A stretch of 31,844 nt of DNA from Bacteroidales bacterium (GTDB taxonomy: Bacteria; Bacteroidota; Bacteroidia; Bacteroidales; NBLH01), in the NCBI GenBank assembly GCA_029933755.1, contig JAOZNO010000001.1, positions 1-31,844 of the forward strand, written 5' to 3'. The number at the start of each line of letters is the position of its first letter. Positions within the stretch are counted from its first letter, which is position 1. Shown piece by piece: positions 24,805 through 31,844 of the stretch. The position numbers were made by a program, and so were the translations under genes. The notes under the pieces are model-generated. The model had not been told where the DNA came from, made no database searches, and saw nothing but the letters and a program-made list of their open reading frames with translations.

Positions 24805-26964
24805 ATGACACATAAAAAGAAAAAACGCAAAGGGAAAAAATTACCCTCATATAATCAAAAAACACTAAAGAAATTTATTATTGATATTTTTCGGAAAGAT
24901 GCCGGAAAACTGTATAATTATAAACAAATTGCCAAACAGCTTGATATAAAAGATCACGAAACCCGAAAACTTATTAATAATGTTCTTTATCAATTTGTAA
25001 ATGATGGAAAATTAGAAGAAGTTTATACCGGGAAATTTAAATTTATAGCCAAAGGGGCATTTATTACGGGTATTGTTGATATGACCATGCGAGGAACCGC
25101 ATATATTGTATCCGATGATATTGAGGAAGATATTTTTGTTTCTCAAGTTAATTTAAATCATGCTTTGCATGGTGATGAGGTTAAGGTTTATATTGCTGCA
25201 CGAAAGAAAAAACGACAGCTGGAAGGTGAAGTGGTTGAAATTATTAAGCAATCACGTACAACTTTTGTTGGTGTACTTGAAATTTCAAAGCATTTTGCCT
25301 TTTTAATTCCTGAAGGAAGAAACATGCCTCATGATCTTTTTATTCCGCTAAATAAGTTAAAAGGTGCAAAAAATGGTGTAAAAGCAATTGCTGAAATAGT
25401 AGAATGGCCAAAAGGAGCAAAAAACCCAATTGCGGAAATAATAGAAGTGCTTGGAACACCGGGCGACAATGAGGTGGAAATGCATGCAATACTTGCTGAA
25501 TTTGAATTGCCTTATAAATATCCTGAAAAGATTATTGCTGAGGCTGAAAAAATTGCTAATGAAATAAAACCTTCGGACATTAAAAATCGAAGGGATTTTA
25601 GAGAAATTACAACGATAACGATTGACCCTGAAGATGCAAAAGACTTTGACGATGCTTTATCAATCAGAACTTTAGAAAATGGTAATTACGAAATTGGAGT
25701 ACATATTGCTGATGTATCACATTATGTAGAACAGGGAACTTTGCTTGATGAAGAAGCCTACAACAGGGCAACATCAGTCTACCTAGTTGATAGGGTGATA
25801 CCGATGTTACCTGAACGTCTTTCAAACCTAATTTGCTCATTACGTCCTGATGAGGAAAAACTTACCTTTTCAGCAGTTTTTGAAATGGACGATAATGCAA
25901 ATGTAATAAGCAAATGGTTTGGTAAAACAATTATTAAGTCTGACAGGCGATTTACATACGATGAGGCTCAGCAAATTATTGAAACCGGAACAGGTGATTT
26001 TGAGGATGAGGTTTTAAAAATGAATGAATTAGCTCAAAAATTACGAGAACAACGATATAGAAAAGGCTCTATTTCATTTGATAAAATAGAAGTTAAATTC
26101 CACATTGATGAAAACGGGAAACCGATAGACGTTTATTTTAAAAAATCAAAAGAAGCCAATAAATTGATTGAGGAGTTTATGTTGTTGGCAAATAAGAAGG
26201 TGGCAGAAGAAATAGGAAAAGGAAAGTCGAAAAATGCAGAAAAGACCTTTGTTTACCGTATTCATGATGAACCTGATCTTGATAAACTAAATACATTTTC
26301 GAACTTTATTAAGCGATATGGTTATAAAATTAACCTGAAAAGCAAAAAAGAAATTGCCAGCTCAATGAACAATCTTTTGGAAACTGTACAGGGGAAATCA
26401 GAACAAAATGTAATTGAAAACCTGGCAATCCGTTCTATGGCTAAAGCGGAATATTCTACAGACAATATTGGTCACTATGGCTTGGCCTTTGACCATTATT
26501 CGCATTTTACTTCGCCAATACGGCGTTATCCTGATTTGATGGTACATCGCTTACTGGAGTTATATAATAGTGGTGGGCAATCTGCAAATAAGGCTGAGTA
26601 TGAGAATAGTTGTAAGCATAGTTCAAAAATGGAACGTACCGCAGCAATGGCTGAAAGAGCTTCAATAAAATATAAGCAGGTTGAGTTTATGCAGGATAAA
26701 TTGGGGCAAATTTTTGATGGAGTAATTTCAGGTATTACCGAATGGGGTATGTATGTTGAAATTGTTGAAAATAAGATTGAAGGAATGGTTTCTTTACGTG
26801 AAATGGATGATGATTTTTATATTTTTAACGAAAAGGAATACTCTATTATAGGACAATCTCATGGCAAAAAATTCACTATTGGAGATCAGGTACAAATTCA
26901 AATTAGCAAGGCAAACCTTCGACGTAAACAACTTGATTTTATCTTGGTTGATGAACTAGAATAG
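24805..26964 (+). CDS. rnr: Ribonuclease R
   Basis: HTH and CSD domains, RNB motif TIDPEDAKDFDDA, HIADV, HFTSPIRRYPD, C-terminal S1. ATG 24805 preferred over TTG 24784. Confidence 0.96.
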   Translation: MTHKKKKRKGKKLPSYNQKTLKKFIIDIFRKDAGKLYNYKQIAKQLDIKDHETRKLINNVLYQFVNDGKLEEVYTGKFKFIAKGAFITGIVDMTMRGTAYIVSDDIEEDIFVSQVNLNHALHGDEVKVYIAARKKKRQLEGEVVEIIKQSRTTFVGVLEISKHFAFLIPEGRNMPHDLFIPLNKLKGAKNGVKAIAEIVEWPKGAKNPIAEIIEVLGTPGDNEVEMHAILAEFELPYKYPEKIIAEAEKIANEIKPSDIKNRRDFREITTITIDPEDAKDFDDALSIRTLENGNYEIGVHIADVSHYVEQGTLLDEEAYNRATSVYLVDRVIPMLPERLSNLICSLRPDEEKLTFSAVFEMDDNANVISKWFGKTIIKSDRRFTYDEAQQIIETGTGDFEDEVLKMNELAQKLREQRYRKGSISFDKIEVKFHIDENGKPIDVYFKKSKEANKLIEEFMLLANKKVAEEIGKGKSKNAEKTFVYRIHDEPDLDKLNTFSNFIKRYGYKINLKSKKEIASSMNNLLETVQGKSEQNVIENLAIRSMAKAEYSTDNIGHYGLAFDHYSHFTSPIRRYPDLMVHRLLELYNSGGQSANKAEYENSCKHSSKMERTAAMAERASIKYKQVEFMQDKLGQIFDGVISGITEWGMYVEIVENKIEGMVSLREMDDDFYIFNEKEYSIIGQSHGKKFTIGDQVQIQISKANLRRKQLDFILVDELE

Positions 26965-27106
26965 AGATATTTGCACCTATTATAAAAAGCCTGAAACCAA
27001 GAGCGGCTTTACGAGGGCTTTGCCTGAAGCAATCTCAAACTATTCAGGAAGTGGTAAATTCAAATATTCTGACTGTTTTCTTAGTCTACTTTAGTGTGGC
27101 TAGGCA

Positions 27107-28282
27107 CTATGGCTTTGCCAAATTCCCCATAAACAATATCGTACCTGTGGAATTTTCTCTAATTAAGAACATGAAAGGGTGATCTGCTTTAAAAAGTGTT
27201 GGCTTAGTTGCGTTACCAACAATTGCTGATCGGGATACAACAACAGCTGTTGCAGCACTTGCCTTAGTGCCACTTTCATTAAGTTCAATTGCTGCTTTGT
27301 GTATAACATTGCTTATAAATAGTTCTTTACTTCCTGTAATACCTGAAAAATCAGCTGAGGAATTAAAAATGGAGGCTAATCCCATTTCGATTAAATATTT
27401 ATTTAATTCGTATTCGCTTTTGAGCTTAAATTTTGGCAAGTGTAGTTCAAGCTTTTCTTTTTTGAAGCTAGAGTATATTTTTCTAAAATAAAGACTATTA
27501 ATTGATTCTGATAAATTTTCTGAAGGATTCTTTGGCAATAAGATAATCATAGAGGCTTCATTGTTTTCATATGGTATTTCTATTGCGCTTAATAAATTAT
27601 CTGTATAGTAAGAATAATTAGATGTGTCAGTCATGTAGTCACAGCTTGAAGAATCTTTTTGACTTGTTTTAAATATGCCCTTGTAGGTGTTTTCTTTAGG
27701 AAATTTTATGTTCCATTTACTAAAATAATAAATGGCATTAACTAACACAAGCATTGTTGAATTTGATAAAACATTGGGAGCAATAAAATCGCTAATCATT
27801 CCCTTGGTTGTTTTTTCTACCCATGAGTTAATTTCGTTTCTTGCTTTTTTTCGTCCCTTTTCACTTGAAAAGTTGGCTGTATTTACTTCTGACTTAAAAT
27901 CATATGAGATTAATTTCCGGTATTCTTTTTCAAGTTTATAAGAGTTTTCTAACCAAAGAGCATTCGCTGAATAAAGTTCTAGCTTTTTGTTAAAGCTTAA
28001 TGATTCATTTAAGTCATAAAAATCTTTATTTACACTTTTGTCCACATTAGGAAAAAGAATTTTCTCCATCTCCAGTTTAGTACTGTCTTTTGCTCCGGCA
28101 TAAGTCATGGCAAGTGCACTCGAAATACTGTATGCAGAAATTAAGGTGTTTTCATTTTCTGTATTAATCCTTTTCAATAAGTTAAAAGAAAGGGTATTAA
28201 TATTTTTGACAATATGTTTTGTTTGGGCGATATTCATAAGATAAAAAAATATAAAGATGCTTACCAGGATAATTTTTTTCAT
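27107..28282 (-). CDS. Secreted serpin
   Basis: Signal peptide, SAYSISSALAMTYAGA, LVNAIYY, LPKFKL, hinge ESGTKASAATAV, FKADHPFMFLI..ILFMG. Confidence 0.93.
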   Translation of the reverse strand: MKKIILVSIFIFFYLMNIAQTKHIVKNINTLSFNLLKRINTENENTLISAYSISSALAMTYAGAKDSTKLEMEKILFPNVDKSVNKDFYDLNESLSFNKKLELYSANALWLENSYKLEKEYRKLISYDFKSEVNTANFSSEKGRKKARNEINSWVEKTTKGMISDFIAPNVLSNSTMLVLVNAIYYFSKWNIKFPKENTYKGIFKTSQKDSSSCDYMTDTSNYSYYTDNLLSAIEIPYENNEASMIILLPKNPSENLSESINSLYFRKIYSSFKKEKLELHLPKFKLKSEYELNKYLIEMGLASIFNSSADFSGITGSKELFISNVIHKAAIELNESGTKASAATAVVVSRSAIVGNATKPTLFKADHPFMFLIRENSTGTILFMGNLAKP

Positions 28283-28414
28283 AGCTCATAACTTAGATAT
28301 TGTCAAATTTACAGAAAATCTATGTTAAAGTAATTATTAATTTATGATTACTTGCTTATTTTATTGTAATGCAGAAGATTATTTGATAAACTTAGTAAAG
28401 TAATTAATGGATCA

Positions 28415-30652
28415 TTAAGAACTTTGATAAATAATGAAATCTCGTTGTGATTTCAGTAAGTTTATAATATCAAGTAGCATATTTTTTGTTTCACTCAAAA
28501 TACCCAAATATAATAGTGAATTTTTTGTGCCTGCTTGTGCATTTTTAATCCTTTTAATTTGGTTACGCCTAAATTTATCTATTGCATCTAATATTTTTTG
28601 CTGATGTTTTAAAGCATTATCAATATTACCAAACCGAGTATTTTTAATGATTTCAAGAATTTCATTTAATAAGCCCTGTAATAGCTGTTCCAGTTCTTTT
28701 AGTTCTGCAATTTGAGTCTCGTCAAAACCGGTATGTTGATTATCAAAATGTTGATAAGCCGGGCGAATAATAAATGTAATTGCATGAGCAATTTCTCTTA
28801 AGTAGTCTAAAACCTGCACATAATAATGCCCGGTTTCTATCGAATCATCTTGTAATTCTTGAATTGTTCCCTCTAAACTATCTTTTAATGATTTTGCTTT
28901 ATCGTTTAGTTTATCAACTTTTTGACTTAACTTTTTTAATGCTTTTCTGTCCTCAGTAGCAATTGCATCAACAGCCTTACCATATATCTCAGAAATATTA
29001 GTTATTGTATTAATAACATTAATTGAACATGCTTCTAATATATTAACATGTTCTTGCTCTCCATTTTCTCCGTTTAAATTATCATCATCACCGGAACGTT
29101 TTTTATGTACGGATTTAGACTTAATTAATATAAATGCCGCCAAAATTAACAAAACAGGAACCATGGCAAAACCCACAGAATATATACTCATTGCAACCAA
29201 AAATGCAACAGTAAACGCAATAAATGCCGTAAAGAACCATCCGCCAATTACAGTCATTACACCACTTACACGATAAACTGCACTATCACGCCCCCATGCA
29301 CCGTCTGCCAGTGAAGTTCCCATGGTAACCATAAATGTTACGTAAGTTGTGGATAAAGGAAGTTTCAGAGAAGTGGCAAAGCTAATAAGAATACTAGCCA
29401 CAGTTAAATTTACACTAGCTCTTACGAGGTCAAAAGATACATTCTCGTCACTTTTAGTTTGTTTAGGTACATCAAAACGTTTTTTAATTGACTCCTGAAT
29501 AGGTGCAGGAACTATATAATTAATTGCATTTGATGCTTTTATTGATTGGCGAACAATATATCGTGAGAAAACTGATGATTCAAACTGTTCTTTTCCTTCT
29601 TGATTTTGTTTGCTTAAATTTAGAGTAGTGGCCGTAACGCTTCTGGCTTTTTTCGAGAGCCAAAGGGTTATAACCATTATAAGTCCGGCAATTAGTAGGT
29701 ATAAAGTTGGTGTCTTTACTTTGGCAGACAGTATTGCCATTGAAAAATCATCAGCATTAATGCCTTCGGCAGCATGCCATGCCTCGTATGATTTAACACC
29801 AGCCAAAGGAACACCAATAAAGTTTACCAGGTCATTTCCTGCAAAGGCCATAGCCAAAGCGAAAGTTCCTACCAGGATAATCATTTTAAATATGTTAACT
29901 TTTGTGAAAGTTTGCAAAAGCTTCAAAATAATTGTCCAGAAAATAAAACTTATAATAATAATTTGTAAGGTATTGTTATGTATCCATTCTTTTGTTGCTA
30001 CATCCATAAATGAAGCTCCTTTTGCTCCCTTTATTAAAATAAAATAGGTTATAGATGTAATAGCAATACCACCCCATAACGCTCCATAATATTTATATGA
30101 TTTTTCGTAATTAAATGAAAATACAATTCTTACTAAATATTGAATTGCTGCACCAATGGTAAATGCAACAACTACAGAAAGTAAAATTCCTGCTATGATT
30201 AGCAGTGCTTTACCAGAGTTTATGTATTCACCTAATGAACTAAGGCCAGCTTCACTATCAGCAATCTTTAATATTGCTACGGCAACTGCTGCACCAAGTA
30301 ATTCAAATACAATAGATACTGTGGTTGAAGTAGGCAGACCAAAAGTATTAAAGGTATCTAACAAAATAATATCTGTTAACATTACTGCTAAAAAGATGAT
30401 CATAATGTTAGTGAAACTGAACATTTCCGGATGAAAAATGCTTTTTCGGGCAACTTCCATCATTCCACTTGAAAAGGTGGCACCGAAAACAATTCCTAAG
30501 CTGGCAACGATCATAATAACCCAGAAAGGTGCTGCTTTTGAGCCAATTGCAGAATTAAGAAAGTTAACAGCATCATTACTTACACCCACTACCAAATCTG
30601 AAACCGCCAGTATTACTAGTACAATAATCAATAAAATAAATACAATTTCCAT
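28415..30652 (-). CDS. PiT-family inorganic phosphate transporter with C-terminal PhoU-like domain
   Basis: GVSNDAVNFL, LPTSTT, FAGNDLVNFIG, LPLSTT PHO4 motifs and a helical C-terminal extension. Confidence 0.9.
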   Translation of the reverse strand: MEIVFILLIIVLVILAVSDLVVGVSNDAVNFLNSAIGSKAAPFWVIMIVASLGIVFGATFSSGMMEVARKSIFHPEMFSFTNIMIIFLAVMLTDIILLDTFNTFGLPTSTTVSIVFELLGAAVAVAILKIADSEAGLSSLGEYINSGKALLIIAGILLSVVVAFTIGAAIQYLVRIVFSFNYEKSYKYYGALWGGIAITSITYFILIKGAKGASFMDVATKEWIHNNTLQIIIISFIFWTIILKLLQTFTKVNIFKMIILVGTFALAMAFAGNDLVNFIGVPLAGVKSYEAWHAAEGINADDFSMAILSAKVKTPTLYLLIAGLIMVITLWLSKKARSVTATTLNLSKQNQEGKEQFESSVFSRYIVRQSIKASNAINYIVPAPIQESIKKRFDVPKQTKSDENVSFDLVRASVNLTVASILISFATSLKLPLSTTYVTFMVTMGTSLADGAWGRDSAVYRVSGVMTVIGGWFFTAFIAFTVAFLVAMSIYSVGFAMVPVLLILAAFILIKSKSVHKKRSGDDDNLNGENGEQEHVNILEACSINVINTITNISEIYGKAVDAIATEDRKALKKLSQKVDKLNDKAKSLKDSLEGTIQELQDDSIETGHYYVQVLDYLREIAHAITFIIRPAYQHFDNQHTGFDETQIAELKELEQLLQGLLNEILEIIKNTRFGNIDNALKHQQKILDAIDKFRRNQIKRIKNAQAGTKNSLLYLGILSETKNMLLDIINLLKSQRDFIIYQSS

Positions 30653-30676
30653 TATTAACTTATATTAAATTTAGTG

Positions 30677-30761
30677 CAAAGCTAAAGTTACAAGTCACTA
30701 AACTAATGAAAACAATATTAAGTTTATCTTAAGTTTATGTTAAGTTTACGTTAAGTTTTTA
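30677..30761 (-). promoter_or_regulatory. pit promoter: four 11-bp direct repeats (PhoB/OmpR-type operator) and -7 element
   Basis: TTAAGTTTATC, TTAAGTTTATG, TTAAGTTTACG, TTAAGTTTTTA at 30718, 30729, 30740, 30751. TAGCTTTG on the minus strand at 30684-30677. Confidence 0.7.
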
Positions 30762-31257
30762 TTCCAAGTTTTTTCTTAACTAAAGCTTCAACATTGTCTC
30801 GTTTTTCTGAATACAGAAGTTGTCCGTTACTATTGTCAATAATGAATCGATACCCGTTTTCTTTGGCTACAGATGCTATTGCCTTTTTGAGTTTAATAAT
30901 TGCTTTTTGATACAGTTCTGTCTTTTTTTGCCCAATTTCCTTTTGGGCATTAAGTTGGAATTGTCTTAAATCAGCTTGTAGTTTATTTAGTTCGTTCTCT
31001 TTTTCTTTTTTAAGAAAATCAGAAAGACTTTCTTTTGACTTGGTGAATTCTTCAAGCTTTTTCTTGTACTCAATATTTTTTGAATTTATATAGTCGTTAA
31101 TTGGTTTAATATATGCTTCAAGCTCTTTGTTAGCAGAAGCAATTTCTGGCATTTCCTGTAGTATCTTATCTGCATTTACAAATCCATATTTAAACTCTTG
31201 AGCCGATAGGTTAAAAGAACCAAAAATAACAATCAATATTATAATTAAGTTTTTCAT
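30751..31257 (-). CDS. skp: OmpH/Skp periplasmic chaperone
   Basis: Signal peptide, KYGFVNADKILQEMPE, coiled-coil body, AKENGYRFIID..LLYS. Confidence 0.88.
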   Translation of the reverse strand: MKNLIIILIVIFGSFNLSAQEFKYGFVNADKILQEMPEIASANKELEAYIKPINDYINSKNIEYKKKLEEFTKSKESLSDFLKKEKENELNKLQADLRQFQLNAQKEIGQKKTELYQKAIIKLKKAIASVAKENGYRFIIDNSNGQLLYSEKRDNVEALVKKKLGIKT

Positions 31258-31698
31258 ATAAAAAATCTTTAAGTTAATCTGATAAAAGTATAGGTTTTTA
31301 AAATAGTAATTAAGAATTTTTGATTAATTAGGTAATAATATCTATAAGTATTAGTATATAGGGGGTAAATTAATGATTTGTATAATTTATAATTGTACCT
31401 TATTGATTAGTAGAGGCTAAGTCTTATAAAAACCGTGCCAACTTCACTTTACTTTGTAAATTATTTTTAACATTTTTCAAGTGATAATTATATTAAATAA
31501 TCTTATCAACAATATAAATATTAAATTTCATATTGGTTTTCAATATGATAAAAATATTATGAACAAAATTAGACCTTTCTAAAGTGCCTTTTTAAAAATT
31601 TAGGTTTTTTAGATTTCTTTTTATTAAATATCTTGCAAACGGAAATAAATACCATAACTACTTAATTATCAATAATACTGTTTAAAAAACAAAGAATA

Positions 31699-31844
31699 AT
31701 GTACATTGAACCCATGATCCTAAAAGACTCCAAGAAGAAAAAATCATACACTTTTGATGAAGCTTTTAAAAAAGCATTGAACTATTTTGATGGTGATGAA
31801 CTTGCTGCAAGAGTTTGGGTAAATAAATATGCCTTGAAGGATTC
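31699..31844 (+). CDS. nrdJ: 5' part of adenosylcobalamin-dependent (class II) ribonucleotide reductase (runs off the window edge)
   Basis: Manual translation MYIEPMILKDSKKKKSYTFDEAFKKALNYFDGDELAARVWVNKYALKDS, the YF.GDELAARVWVNKYA.KDS N-terminus of Bacteroidota NrdJ. An alternative ATG lies at 31714. Confidence 0.82.
   Translation, partial: MYIEPMILKDSKKKKSYTFDEAFKKALNYFDGDELAARVWVNKYALKD

Noticed and set aside
27010-27050. GAAGCAATCTC motif between rnr and the serpin
   Set aside because: Looks like a single decayed arm of a common Bacteroidota REP-like repeat, with no partner arm.
2631-30668. Short ORF-track entries overlapping real genes (e.g. 2631-2864, 3041-3235, 3350-3709, 4001-4237, 5893-6111, 8329-8541, 10057-10284, 13892-14248, 18780-18980, 29610-30047)
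   Set aside because: Antisense or alternate-frame shadows of well-supported CDSs, with no recognisable motifs.
30718-30761. CRISPR interpretation of the tandem repeats here or of the 84-bp repeats
   Set aside because: No unique spacers of regular length and no cas genes; no CRISPR array in the window.
31500-31698. NrdR box or cobalamin riboswitch upstream of nrdJ
   Set aside because: Only a half-site-like ATATCTTG, which also fits a -7 promoter variant; no riboswitch core motifs.
31699-31844. Functional link between B12-dependent NrdJ and PduS (a cobalamin reductase in Salmonella)
   Set aside because: The genes are 24 kb apart, PduS is coupled to PduT inside the BMC operon, and nothing in the sequence connects them.

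Overview
AT-rich chromosomal segment, very probably from a Bacteroidota (Bacteroidales/Marinilabiliales-like) genome. Support: TAnnTTTG -7 promoter elements, a T9SS C-terminal sorting domain, and Bacteroidota-type NrdJ, PiT-PhoU and MFS sequences. The main feature is a 15-gene bacterial microcompartment (metabolosome) locus at 890-10847: DeoR regulator, PduL, 4 BMC-P, 3 BMC-H, a small encapsulation-peptide protein, acylating aldehyde dehydrogenase, PduS, PduT, class II aldolase and a divergent acetate kinase. It resembles the Planctomycete/Verrucomicrobia aldolase (PVM-type) BMC, but has no alcohol/lactate dehydrogenase and instead carries a PduS/PduT electron-transfer pair. It ends near the 3' end of a tRNA(CAT). 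Housekeeping genes follow: HAD, pdxA, pepA, mqnC, a Cache-HAMP-GAF-PAS sensor and metF. Next is a decaying accessory patch at about 18790-23600 beside tRNA-Cys, with two MITE-like elements, a truncated MFS gene, and a CotH/T9SS gene bracketed by two copies of the 3' end of an AAA-ATPase gene. The rest holds rnr, a serpin, a PiT-PhoU transporter with an 11-bp-repeat operator, skp and the start of nrdJ. No CRISPR array, rRNA, integrase or intact transposase was seen. All family assignments come from motif recognition, not database searches.
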